A DNA stretch of 64,000 nucleotides from Octopus sinensis (Eukaryota), in NCBI RefSeq assembly GCF_006345805.1, contig NC_043017.1:32612001-32676000 (forward strand), read 5' to 3'. Made by a program: the position numbers and the translations under genes. How positions within the stretch are numbered: the stretch's first letter is position 1; every line of letters begins with the position of its first letter. Positions 1-13,420 of this stretch are shown one piece after another. Under the pieces are notes generated by a model, which saw nothing but the letters and a program-made list of their open reading frames with translations, searched no databases and was not told the DNA's origin.

Positions 1-169
1 TTGTGAGCTTGTGATCATGTCTAGAAGTGATGGGGTGCATGAGACTAGTGTAAGTGAAAGAGATTCAGAAAACGATTATAATAATAATATTTTTTTATCA
101 TAATCTTGACATTCCTTTTATCTTACATAAAATATTCTTTACATTCTACTGTTGTTTTATTGCCATTTA

Positions 170-328
170 TTTACGAGTATTATACATTTTTAGGTGAAAT
201 ATTTTTCTGGGAACGAATTAGGATTTATAACATTGTTACTATGGGAAATTATTGTTCTGCTTTATGAATTTTCACTTTACGAGTGGACTATAGGAACAAA
301 TTAACTTGTTAATCGAGGCATTACTGTA
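170..328. mobile_element. Terminal fragment of a pogo/Tigger-like DNA transposon
   Basis: Ends in ...TTAATCGAGGCATTACTG followed by TA (reverse complement CAGTAATGCCTCG), resembling Tigger-type TIRs with a TA target. Partner TIR is not in the window. Confidence 0.45.
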
Positions 329-1204
329 TAGACTTTGCCATGCTTACCGAAGGAAGGAATCAATAGACAGCATAGAAAAGTAAAATTGTTTAAGGAATAA
401 ATCACATGGAGAAGCCATCCACATAAAAACTAATATTTAAATCTAGGAGCAGTAAGTAGAAATATATATGTGCTGAGGCAAAAATGACAAGAGGTATTGG
501 CTGTTATCATTTTTATTAATTTGGCATGTAAGGGAGACAACTCAGAATATGTTTTGGTATTATTTCAACTTCAGCAACAAAGTTCTTCATACCATCGTAG
601 CAACAAAAGTATCAATGCATAAATATACAATGTGTGGGAGAATAGAATTGTTCTGAGAATTAAAATGACATCTTTGACTATTTTTTTTTTTTGGTTATTC
701 TTCAACTATAATTATAACATTTTGAATTGATCACATTTTCACATTTTTCATACCATTCTCCTCTTCCTTTTGCTTACAATGACAATTTCAAATTCAGAAT
801 TGTAAAATAATTTATGATCTGAATTATATGTTTGCTTCAATATTAAATAATTACATCTTTTCAGACCATCTAGCATATCGTTGATTCTTTTTTTAAAAGC
901 AAATAATTGATTAAAACATTTAAGACATATTAATTAAACAACATACTAAGTTGTCTAGAGATATTAAATGAATAAATTTGTCTAGACTAGATTTACAAAT
1001 TGACATATATAACAGAAAGAACATGTCAGTTCCATATCTCTCTGTGACAAACATTGGAAACTATTAAAGCAACAAAGGCAATTAGCTGATGTATTATCAA
1101 TGTCATTGAGAAAGGGAGAATTTGTCTTTGAGAAAAGGAAGACAGTAGACTGATGGAATTATCTATTAGTGACAAAGGCAGTAGTAATAGTGAGAGGTAA
1201 CATT

Positions 1205-1650
1205 TATTATTTCTTTATTGCCCACAAGGGGCTAAACACAGACAGGACAAACAAGAACAGACAAAGGGATAAGGTCGATTACATCGACACCAGTACGTAA
1301 CAGGTATTTAATTTATCAACCCCGAAAGGATGAAAGGCAAAATCAACCTCGGTGGAATTTGAACTCAGAACGTAAAGACAGACGGAACACCGCTAAGCAT
1401 TTCGCCCAGCGTCCTAACATTTCTTATTTCTTTACTGCCCTCAAGGGGCTACACACAGAGGGGACAAACAAGGACAGATAAACGCATTAAGTCAATTATA
1501 TCGACCCCAGTATGTAACAGGTATTTAATTTATCAACCCCGAAAGGATGAAAGGCAAAGTCGACCTCGGCAGAATTTGAACTCAGGACGTAATGGCAGAC
1601 AAAACATCGCTAAGCATTTTGCCCGGTGTGCTAACGTTTCTGTGAGCTCC
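1205..1650 (-). mobile_element. Tandem copies of tRNA-head SINE family C
   Basis: Near-identical to copies at 15325-15790, 47983-48530 and 51290-51480 (core GACTTTGCCTTTCATCCTTTCGGGGTCGATAAATTAAGTACC; B-box-like GAGTTCAAATTCC). Confidence 0.8.
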
Positions 1651-2309
1651 CCACTTAAACATGGATCCTCTGTAATCTACTGCGGTAGTTACCATGAGAG
1701 AAGCTCTCATATTGATTTTCTTAGTATGAGATGGTCTCCTGTTTGTATCACTAGTGGGCAGAGAAATCCCAGATCATGTGGTTTCGACCTTGTATGGTCT
1801 TGTCAGTGATGGACACCCAACCTCTAGAAGCAGCAGTGATTCATCTCCCTGCCAGCAACAGATTTGTTAGCACATCAGACAAAACACTTAGTGACATGTA
1901 TTTTTTTATTTTGATGTTCCAAGTTCAAATCCACTTCGCTTCCCACCCTTTTCCAAGGTCGATAAGTTAAGTATCAGTTAAACAGTGGGGTTGATATAAG
2001 TGACTTACCCCATCCCCTGACATTGCTGGCCTTGGGCAAAACTTTGAAAGTACTTTCTTTAAGTAAGGATCCTTAATTGCCATGCATTGCTAAATTAATT
2101 ATAATGTAATTATTTTTTTGGAGTCTAAGATTCATCATAATTATTGTTATTGTTGTTGTTATTGTGAATGCTCTTTTTTTCCATGCTGTGATAGAACGAA
2201 TAATTCTAAAGTACACCAAAAACATTTTTTTCCCTTAATTGTCTGTCATGTGATCTATACAACCTCACATTCTAAGATATCATAGAAATTTTACATCAGT
2301 CTATAATGC

Positions 2310-2708
2310 AGTAAAGATTGTTTGCCAACATAACATGGCAGTTCTGGTTTAAGATGAATGTTGCTGTAATTTAGCCCCAGGAGACATCGTCTTCAGCTGG
2401 TTATATGACATGATCTGTATCCTTATAATTTCGAACAAGGGAATCTAGCACCCCCACTCAGCTCAAAACAATATCTGTGTACCATGATTTCTGGGTCATT
2501 TCTCTTCATAACCTGAAAATAACCCAGAAATCATGATACGCAGATATTATTTTGAGCTGAGTGGGGGTGCTTGATACCCTTCTTCGAAAATATAAGGACA
2601 CCGATCGTGTTGTATAGCCAGCTGGAGACGATGTCTCCTGGGGCTAAATTACAGCAACATTCGTCCTAAACCAGGACTGCCATGTTATGTTGTCAAACAA
2701 TCTTTACT
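2310..2708. mobile_element. Fold-back (palindromic) MITE, ~400 bp
   Basis: AGTAAAGATTGTTTG... at 2310 is the reverse complement of ...CAAACAATCTTTACT ending 2708. Arms match imperfectly for ~190 bp around a ~15-nt spacer. Confidence 0.8.
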
Positions 2709-3758
2709 CCAAAGTGCTGTTGCTGAATATCTCTCGTTGTGAGATTTAAAAATAGTAATTTTCAGTCTGTAATGTATTTTATCTCGGTTAACAATAAGAT
2801 TTTATTTTCTATGGGCAAAGGGTAGATTGGAAGATGCTGGAGAACAAACTGAAATGGTTGTGGAATATTGACACTAACTGCAGAAGATGCTTGAAGGTTG
2901 GAAACGAATGCGTGTCTCTAGATGCAGGCCTAGCTGTTGTGGGTGTTTGGCTCCCTTTGGTAAATATATAGAGACACAGGAAATGTGTCAAGGCTGACAG
3001 GAAGCGTTGATACTTCCTAGGGCTAAACAGCGGTGGTGTAATTCCCTCACGGGACTGTCACGTTAAGTTGACAGTATACAACCACTCGAATGAAGAATAA
3101 TCTGAGAGAAAAAAATTGAGTACAAAAGAAACCATTTGCAAGGTGTTGTTTTGTTTACATCCCCTGACTCAGTAGTATGACACAAGATCCTGATAGGATA
3201 AGTAGCAGACTCACCACTGATTGATATGTTTGACTATTGCTCTTCAAGATGATGCTACCTCTTCACAATCCACTACGCTACAGTCCCATGACTTAGCTGT
3301 ATCCCTGGCAGGTTGAATGGGTACCATGCCGTGCCAAAGGGCAGTCTGTATCTATACAGGACATAGTAATCACTCCATGAGGTATTTTCAAAATACCCAC
3401 ATACCCAAACTTGTATTGGTTTCAGACTTTATTTTGAGCCACATCAAAGATTATGAAGACGGTCCCTACACCTTGAAGAAAATAAGGTTCTCAACCACTG
3501 ACATATTAAATGTAAAGAAAGTCCTGTCAAGGTTTGAGCAATGTAGAGAGGTATAAGGGAGAATGTAGAGAGCAGCAAGCAAATGCATTATAGCCACTGC
3601 TTCACCATTTCTGACACTTTATTGGTTACCTTAGACAATCTAACAAAAATCACTGCTTTATTTTTTTTCTTTTGCTCAATGTTTCTCTCTCATGCTCTCC
3701 TCATCTGCTCTCCCCACCTCCCTCTCTCTTCTCTTATCTGTCTTTTTACATATACATA

Positions 3759-4064
3759 ATGTATATATTTAGGGCTAAAAACCATTAGGTGGATAACCAT
3801 ATGCTAGAAGAAGATCACATACAATCTAACTACAAAGAAAGAATGGACGAAAGATTATGTAAGTAATTTATTCGATAATAGACAAAACTGGTATACGATT
3901 AATTCTTGATTTTTATATAATTTTCATCTGTCTTGCCCGCCTATGTTCTGGGGTTCACTGAATTTTCTCTGGGGAACATTCTTTCTTTGTAGTTAGATTG
4001 TATGTGATCTTCTTCTAGCATGTGGTTATCCACCTAGTGGTTTTTTAGCCCTAAATATACACAT
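3759..4064. mobile_element. MITE with ~80-bp terminal inverted repeats
   Basis: TATTTAGGGCTAAAAACCA...CTACAAAGAAAGAATG mirrored by CATTCTTTCTTTGTAG...TTTTAGCCCTAAATA. Confidence 0.75.
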
Positions 4065-4128
4065 GTATTGAATTTTTTTCTGATTTTTCAGATTTTTTAT
4101 ATGCTAGGCTACTGGTTTTAAATTGATA

Positions 4129-4132
<4 letters not shown>

Positions 4133-4161
<29 letters not shown>

Positions 4162-6176
4162 GTTTAACGTCCTCTTTCCATGCTAGCATGGGTTGGACGG
4201 TTCAACTGGGGTCTGGCAAGCCCGAAGGCTGCACCAGGCCAGTCAAATCTGGCAGTGTTTCTACAGCTGGATGCCCTTCCTAACGCCAACCACTCCGAGA
4301 GTGTAGTGGGTGATTTTATGTGCCACCGACACAGGCGCCAGACGAGGCTGGCAGACGGCCACGCTCGGATGGTGTTTTTATGTGCCACCGACACAGGTGC
4401 CAGACGAGGCTGGCAGACGGCCACGCTCGGATGGTGTTTTTATGTCCCACCAACACAGGTGCCAGACGAGGCTGGCTGACGGCCACGCTTGGATGGTGTT
4501 TGTTACATGCCCTCAGCACGGAGGCCAGTCGTTGCGGTACTGGCTACGGTCACGTTTGGATGGTTTTCTTATGTGCCACCGGCACTGGTACCACAAGGAT
4601 ACAAATTCCATTGATGTTCATCTATTTTGATTTGGTTCGATTTGATTTGATTTGATTCGATTCGATTCTCACTTGCCTCAACAGGTCTTCACAAGTGTCA
4701 CAAGAAGGAAGGTATGCACAGGTGGACTGACTACGTCCCAGGTAGGGGCCACGGATTATGGCTTCACTAGTCTTGCCGAGTCTTCTCACGCACAGCATAC
4801 TTCCATAGGTCTCGGTCTCTAGTCATTTCCATGGTGAGACCTAACGTCCGAAGGTCATGCTTCACCACCTCGTCCCAGGTTTTCCTGGGTCTACCTCTTC
4901 CACGGGTTCCCTCAACTGCTAGGGATTGGCACTTTCTCACACACCTATCTTCATCCATTCTCGCCACATGACCATACCAGCGCAATCGTCTCTCTTGCAC
5001 ACCACAACTGATGCTTCTTAGGTACAACATTTCTCTCAAGGTACTAACGCTCTGTCGAGTAAGTACACTGACATTACACATCCATCGGAGCATACTGGCT
5101 TCGTTCCTCACGAGCTTACGCATGTCCTCAGCAGTCACGGCCCACGTTTCACTGCCATGTAGCATAGCTGTTCGTACACATGCATCATACAGTCTGCCTT
5201 TTACTCTGAGCGAGAGGCCTTTAGTCACCAGCAGAGGTAAGAGCTCCCTAAACTTTGCCCAGGCTATTCTTATTCTAGCAGTTACACTTTCAGCGCACCC
5301 ACCCCCACTACTGACTTGGTCACCTAGATAGCGGAAGCTATCAACTACTTCTAGTTTTTCCCCCCGGAAAGTGACGGAAGTTGTTTTCTGCAGATTTTCG
5401 GAGGTCAATGCTCCAGAGCATCTGCCACATACAAAAACTATCTTCCCAGTTAGCCTACCTTTGACATTGCTGCACCTCTTATGTGTCCATAGCTTACACT
5501 GGGTACATCTTATTGAGTTTCTACCTACACCTTTTCTACAGATCGAGCAGGGCCATCTTCCTGAGGATATTTGTGGATTTTCTACCTTTCTACTTATTAG
5601 TACTTTGGTTTTAGCTAGGTTGACTCTAAGGCCCCTCGATTCTAAACCCTCCTTCCACACCTGGAACTTCTCCTCCAGTTCTGATAGTGACTCAGCAATT
5701 AGAGCGAGGTCGTCAGCATAGAGGAGCTCCCAGGGGCAACCTGTCTTGAATTCCTCCACAATTGCCTGGAGGACTATGATAAATAGGAGGGGGCTGAGTA
5801 CTGAACCCTGGTGGACCCCAACCTCTACTTTGAATTCTTCTGTGTACATGTTGCCAACTCTAACCTTACTTACGGCATCTCTGTACATGGCTTGCACAGC
5901 CCTCACCAGCCATTCATCTATCCCTAGTTTCCTCATTGACCACCAGATGAGGGATCGGGGGACCCTATCAAAGGCTTTCTCCATGTCAACGAAAGCCAGG
6001 TACAGGGGCTTATCTTTGGCTAGGTATTTCTCCTGCAGCTGCCTTACCAGGAATATAGCATCAGTGGTGCTTTTCCCTGGGACAAACCCAAACTGCATCT
6101 CATCTAAACTAACTCTGAGATGCAGTTTGGGTTTGTCCCAGGGAAAAGCACCGCTGATGCTATATTCCTGGTAATG
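4133..6176 (-). mobile_element. 5'-truncated RTE-clade LINE with (GAT)n tail, 3'UTR and target-site duplication
   Basis: RT ORF 4767-6098, 3'UTR 4160-4766, (CAT)n on + strand at 4131-4160. Flanking 13-bp direct repeat AAATT(G/A)ATATTCA at 4120-4132 and 6177-6189. Confidence 0.92.
4767..6098 (-). CDS. RTE non-LTR reverse transcriptase, C-terminal 443 aa (endonuclease lost by 5' truncation)
   Basis: Motifs QFGF, AFVDMEKAFDRV, GVHQGSVLSPLLF, LLYADDL, FRYLG, RLRWYGHVAR, GRGRPRKTW. No internal stops; the start Met is internal to the original ORF. Confidence 0.93.
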   Translation of the reverse strand: MQFGFVPGKSTTDAIFLVRQLQEKYLAKDKPLYLAFVDMEKAFDRVPRSLIWWSMRKLGIDEWLVRAVQAMYRDAVSKVRVGNMYTEEFKVEVGVHQGSVLSPLLFIIVLQAIVEEFKTGCPWELLYADDLALIAESLSELEEKFQVWKEGLESRGLRVNLAKTKVLISRKVENPQISSGRWPCSICRKGVGRNSIRCTQCKLWTHKRCSNVKGRLTGKIVFVCGRCSGALTSENLQKTTSVTFRGEKLEVVDSFRYLGDQVSSGGGCAESVTARIRIAWAKFRELLPLLVTKGLSLRVKGRLYDACVRTAMLHGSETWAVTAEDMRKLVRNEASMLRWMCNVSVLTRQSVSTLREMLYLRSISCGVQERRLRWYGHVARMDEDRCVRKCQSLAVEGTRGRGRPRKTWDEVVKHDLRTLGLTMEMTRDRDLWKYAVREKTRQD

Positions 6177-6225
6177 AAATTAATATTCAATTTATCTCCC
6201 TCATTATTTATACATAATGTAGATA

Positions 6226-6638
6226 GAGTGGCTGTGTGGTAAGTAGCTTGTTTACCAACCACATGGTTCTGGGTTCAGTCCCACTGTGTGGCACCTTAGG
6301 CAAGTGTCTTCTGCTATAGACTCGGGCTGACCAAAGCTTTGTGAGTGGATTTGGTAGACGGAAACTGAAAGAAGCCCGTCGTATATATGTATATGTATGT
6401 ATGTGCGTGTATGTTTGTGTGTCTGTGTTTGTCCCCCTAGCATTGCTTGACAACCGATGCTGGTGTGTTTATGTCCCCGTCACTTAGCGGTTCGGCAAAA
6501 GAGACCGATAGAATAAGTACTAGGCTTACAAAAGAATAAGTCCCGGGGTTGAGTTGCTCGATTAAAGGCGGTGCACCAGCATGGCCACAGTCAAAATGAC
6601 TGAAACAAGTAAGAAAAGAAAAAAAAGAAAAAAGAAAG
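6226..6638 (+). mobile_element. tRNA-head SINE family A
   Basis: Head GAGTGGCTGTGTGGTAAG...GGTTCAGTCCC, central (TA/TG)n, 3' end CCAGCATGGCC(A/G)CAGTCAAATGACTGAAACAAGTAA. About 20 full or partial copies in the window. Confidence 0.85.
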
Positions 6639-6639
6639 A

Positions 6640-6844
6640 TATCTAAGAGATACCACCACGCTGGAAATAGCAGTCAAAACTTGACTCTAAAACCACATTA
6701 AATGTTCATACAGCACCTAGAGAGAAGACAAAGAGACAAAATAAACTAGCAAAAAAAGAAAAAGAAAAATTACTGGGTATATTTTATGTGGTTTTAGAGT
6801 CAAGTTTTGACTGCTATTTCCAGCATTGTGGTATCTCGCAGATA
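6640..6844. mobile_element. Short MITE-like inverted repeat
   Basis: GAGATACCAC...GCTGGAAATAGCAGTCAAAACTTGACTCTAAAACCACAT mirrored at 6786-6844. Confidence 0.7.
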
Positions 6845-6957
6845 CCCTAAATTATAATTTTAAATAATTATTACCTTTGAAAAGATTTTATTCACATGCT
6901 GGCCACCTGATAAGACCGGTATTTAAATAACGATCATATCCTTATTTATATAATGTA

Positions 6958-8540
<1,583 letters not shown>

Positions 8541-8825
8541 AGAAATGCAGCTGGTAATCCAAGTCATACAATCAAAATACTTTAAACAATGGAATTAACA
8601 ATGATTATTTGCATTAAAAATTTCAATGAAGCAAATTTTGAATCTGTTATTTGTTATCAAAATACTTAGTAGACCCACATAATACTGTACATATGTGTAC
8701 ATATACATATATATGCAGACACACACTCACACACACACTTACACATACACATACACACACACAAATATATATATGTATATATTTGTGAGTGTGTACATGC
8801 GTGTGTGCGTGCATATGTACATGCA

Positions 8826-9007
8826 CATCATCATCATCATCATCATCATCGTTTAGTGTCCGTTTTCCATGCTAGCATGGGTTGGATGGTTCTACTGGGG
8901 TCTGTGAAGCCAGAAGGCTTCATCAGGCCCAGTCAAACACTGCCAGATTTGACTGGGCCTGATGAAGCCTTCTGGCTTCACAGACCCCAGTAGAACCGTC
9001 CAACCCA
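8826..9007 (-). mobile_element. RTE-3'UTR-derived short element with fold-back 5' end
   Basis: (CAT)n + GTTTAGTGTCCGTTTTCCATGCTAGCATGGG as at 4160; 60-bp arms 8878-8937 and 8948-9007. Confidence 0.8.
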
Positions 9008-9019
9008 CATATAGAAACA

Positions 9020-9548
9020 TATATCAAACTTGGTGACTGGCATCCGTTGCTAGTGGAGCGCTAAGAGTACCATACGAGTGAGATCGTTGCCAGAGCAACA
9101 AGCCAGCCTTCACGCCGATGGCACATTAAACACACCATTCGAGCATGAACGTTACCTGTGTCGCCTTACTAGCACTTGTGCTGGTAGTGTGTGAAACATT
9201 CGAGCGAGGTCATCGCCAATGCCGCTAGACTGGCTCCTGTGCAGGTGGCACATAAAAAGCACCATTTGGGCCTGGCTGTTGCCAGTACCACCAAAATGGC
9301 CCTCGTGCTGGTGGCATGTAAAAGCACCCACTACACTCTCGGAGTGGTTTGCATTAGGAAGGGCATCCAGCTGTAGAAACTCTGCCAGATCAGATTGGAG
9401 TCTGGTTCGCCAGACCTCAGTCAAATCATCCAACCCATGCTAGCATAGAAAGCGGACGTTAAATGATGATGATGACGATGATGATGACGATGATGATGAC
9501 GATGATGATGACGATGATGATGACGATGATGATGGTGATGATGATGAT
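9020..9548 (+). mobile_element. RTE-3'UTR-derived short element, variant body, (GAT)n tail
   Basis: 3' part AGCACCCACTACACTCTCGGAGTGG...CCCATGCTAGCATAGAAAGCGGACGTTAAATGATGATG shares the RTE tail; similar copy at 14180-14612. Confidence 0.8.
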
Positions 9549-10029
9549 ACACATGTACCTCTGTCTATATGCAAATATATATCGGTTTCAAGTTTTGGTA
9601 AAAGGCCAGCATTTTTGGCAGAGGAATCAAGTTGATTACATCAACCACAATACTCACCAGGTATTTATTTTATCAACTCTGAAGGGATGAAAGGCAAAGG
9701 TGACCATGGCAGAATTTGAACTCAGGCCGTAAAGACAGGTGAAATACTGCTATGCATATTACCTGGCATATTAATGATTCTGCCAGCTCCCTACCTCATG
9801 TGTGTATTAGCATTGAAGTTGAAAGTTTTGTAACAAACGGGGACAACAATTGTATATCACCTGAAGAAATGGATCTCATTATACAGGTAAACCATTGCGT
9901 AATTTAAACCCTGTATATATTAACATCTACATTCTTATATACTGTGTAGTGATTATCAAATAACTGTCTAACCATACTCCTTCTTGTTCACTCTATCTTA
10001 TTCAATTATATATACGTATATATGTATAT

Positions 10030-10440
10030 GGAGGTGCACTGGCCTAGTGGCTAGGGCAGCGGACTCGTGGTTGTAGGATTGCGGTTTCGATTCCCAGACC
10101 GGGAGTTGTGTGTGTTTATTGAGCAAAAACACCTAAAAGCTCCACAAAGCTCCGGCAGGGAGTGGTGGCAACCCCTGTTGTACTCTTTCGCCCCAACTTT
10201 CTCTCTCACTCTTTCTTCCTGTTTCTTGTCCCCGACTTCCTACGCAACCGCTGAGCCTGGATGCACATTCATCCATCCGTCGATGCTCTTGGTATCGAGG
10301 GTTGACCTGTTTTCTCTTCTGCGGGTCTTACAAATAGCAAAGGACCACATTTCGGACTTCTCCGATCTTGCAAGCGCTGGGACGAAGACCATTCACTCAG
10401 CAGCAACAGCAATAGCAACAGCAGCATCAGCCACAACTAC
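10030..10440 (+). mobile_element. tRNA-head SINE family B
   Basis: A-box TGGCCTAGTGG, B-box GGTTTCGATTCCC, core GAGCAAAAACACCTAAAAGCTCC; head and core shared with 19032-19211 (-). Confidence 0.8.
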
Positions 10441-10489
10441 AATTTCCATTTTGATTTCGATCTTGATTTGCTTTTGATTTTGAGTTTTG

Positions 10490-10750
10490 ATTTTACTTGA
10501 CTCACCAAGTCTTCTCAAGTGCAGTGTATTGCCTGATGATTCAAGGGTACTTTTTAAATGGGCTGATTATGGGACACTGGTATAGGCTACGGCTGTCATC
10601 TCACTTTACTTGTCGGGTTTTCTCAATCACAGCATATCTCCAAAGGTCTCGGTCTCTTGTCATTGCTTCCATGAGGCCAAAAGTTCAAAGGTCATGCTTC
10701 ACCACCTGACCCCATGTCTTCCTAGGTCTCCTTCTTCCACAGGTTCCTTC
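10490..10750 (-). mobile_element. Degenerate RTE RT C-terminal fragment
   Basis: Minus-strand translation resembles GRPRKTW...MTRDRDLWRYAVIEKTRQ, as at the end of ORF 4767-6098. Confidence 0.65.
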
Positions 10751-11100
10751 TTATGTTCTGAGTTCAAATTCTGCTGAGGTTCACTCTGCCTTTCATCCTT
10801 TCGGGGTCGATAAATTAAGTACCAGTTATGTGCTGGGGTTGATTTAATTGACTGGCTTCCTCCCCCAAAATTTCGGGCCTTGTGCCTATACTAGAAAAGA
10901 ATGTTAGGGTGTGACACTTCTTCACACAACATCCACATGTAGCACATGACCATTAGGAGTGTACACTTCAAATGCACAACAAACTGATTTTAATATAATA
11001 ATTTAAATATAACACACTAATTTACTCTATATTGGGTGAGTAAACGGTTATTTTTACGTTTGCCTAAAATATTATATTGATATCTTCCAGTTTTGTATCT

Positions 11101-11312
11101 CTCTTTTACTCTCTTTTACTTGTTTCAGTCCTTTGACAGCGACCATGCTGGAGCACCGCCTTTTAGTCGAGTAAATCGTCCCCAAGACTTATTCTTCGTA
11201 AGCCTAGTACTTATTCTATCAGTCTCTTTTGCTGAACCATTAAGTTACGGGGATGTAAACACACCAGCATCGGTTGTCAAGCAATGCTAGGGGGACAAAC
11301 ACAGACACACAA

Positions 11313-11377
<65 letters not shown>

Positions 11378-12086
11378 TACGACAGGCTTCTTCTAGTTTC
11401 CGTCTACCAAATCCACTCACAAGGCTTTGGTCGTCCCGAGGCTATAGTAGAAGACACTTGCCCAAGGTGCCACGCAGTGGGAATGAACCCAGAACCATGT
11501 GGTTGCTAAACAAGCTACTTACCACACAGCGTATATATAACTATAGAGGCAAAAATATAACCACTTTTATTTTCTGCATTTATGGATCACATATTGAATA
11601 GAAAGGAATTATGGGATTTATATCTACACACAGCCATTATGGATTACTGCAGAGGATTTTGTCACAGACTTATATTATTTCTCAAAAATTTTTAGCCCAA
11701 CTTTGTACCAATGCACATCTAGGCCAGCAACTTTTTTAAACAACATCTTTATCATATGCTGTTAAATAGTATTTGATTGACTACACGGAAATTCACTATT
11801 TTTTCTGTATCGTTTCCTGCCACTAAATGTCTCGCACAAGGCACTGGTCAACCCGAAGCTACAGTAAAAGACGCTTCCTTAAAGTGCTTCACAGTGAGAT
11901 CAAACTCACAGCCACTTGATTGCAAAGCAAACTTCTTAACTACAACGCTATATCTGTAGGCGCACATGGTTCCGGGTTCAGTCCCACTGTGTGGCACCTT
12001 GGGCAAGTGTCTTCTACTATAGCCTCGGGCCGACCAAAGCCTTGTGAGTAAATTTGGTAGACGGAAACTGAGAGAAGCCCGTCATA

Positions 12087-12145
<59 letters not shown>

Positions 12146-12365
12146 GTGCGTATTTGTGTGTCTGTGTTTGTCCCCCTAGCATTGCTTGACAACCGATGCT
12201 GGTGTGTTTACGTCCCCGTAACTTAGCGGTTTGGCAAAAAAGAAACTGATAAAATAAGTACTAGGCTTACAAAGAATAAGTCCTGGGGACGATTTGATCG
12301 ACTAAAGGTAGTGCTCCAGCATGGCCACAGTCACATGAGTGAAACAAGTAAAAGAGTAAAAGAGT
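11101..12365. mobile_element. Two SINE family A copies (11101-11530 minus; 11959-12365 plus)
   Basis: Same head, microsatellite linker and tail as 44593-45012. Confidence 0.85.
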
Positions 12366-13012
12366 ATCTGTGTCTCTGTTTGAAAATAAAACTATGGGGT
12401 GGTCATGACTGGAAGTTCTTTGTTGATTGGGTTGTTGTGGGGTTAACTAATAACAACATATGTTGACAACTACATAAACGAAAAAGTCATTCAAGTAATT
12501 TAAATATAGAGGTCAACAACATGAAACAATCACAGAAGTTGAGAGATAAATTGAAACAGAAACCAATGAGGAATTAATGAACATTATTTGCCAGGAATGT
12601 GACACGGGGGAATTGAAAGAATTGTGTTTTTGTGTTTGATGTAATATTGCTTAATGATACTCAATAATTACGGTGGATGACCGGCAGAAGTTTACGATTA
12701 CCACATTTAATGACTTTCAATATTTAATTCTGGTCGATAGAAGAAATACTATCAACCTGTTTAATAAGTATTTGACAAAAATAAAATACAGCTCGTGTAA
12801 ATAGGAAAAATACAGATATAATATTTTAAAAGTAGCGATTTTAGTAAAAATATGACTAGTCTAACAAACAAGATATTGTAGTTCTAGATATATAAAAAGA
12901 CAAGACAATCATGGATTGTTTTTGTTCATTGGTCAGCTCGTTTGGAGCTGATCTACTCGGTGCTAAACAACAACTAAATCAATATCATACAAAATATATT
13001 TGTATATAAAAA

Positions 13013-13420
13013 ATCATCATCATCGTTTAACGTCTGCTTTCCATGCTAGCATGGGTTGGACGGTTCAACTGGGGTCTGGGAAGCCAGAAGGCTGCACCAG
13101 GCCAGTCAGATCTGGCAGTGTTTCTACAGCTGGATGCCCTTCCTAACGCCAACCACTCCATGAGTGTAGTGGGTGCTTTTTATGTGCCACCGACACAGGT
13201 GCCAGACGAGGCTGGCGAATGGCCATGCTCGGATGGTGTTTTTTATGTGCCACCGACACAGGTGCCAGACGAGGCTGGCGAACGGCCACGCTCAGATGGT
13301 GTTTGTTACGTGCCACCAGTACGGAGGCCAGTCAATGCGGTACTGGCTATGGCCACGTTCGGATGGTTTCCTTATGTTCCACCGGCACTGGTACCACAAA
13401 ACTACAAATTCCATTTGATG
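13013..13420 (-). mobile_element. RTE-3'UTR-derived short element with two 63-bp units
   Basis: Matches 4131-4620; further copies at 46965-47470, 55867-56100 and 56627-56935. Confidence 0.85.

Noticed and set aside
1680-1900. Possible LINE endonuclease remnant (minus strand GDESLLLLEVGCP) or exon
   Set aside because: Too short and interrupted by stops to support either call.
3317-3556. 79-aa ORF in unique sequence
   Set aside because: No recognisable motif or convincing splice signals; the length is expected by chance.
8959-8985. CTGATGA followed by hairpin AGCC-TTCT-GGCT
   Set aside because: No GAAA or stem III follows; not a hammerhead.
10030-10110. tRNA gene
   Set aside because: A and B boxes are present but the sequence runs into a SINE core and lacks a proper acceptor stem. 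No true tRNA or rRNA genes were seen in the window.
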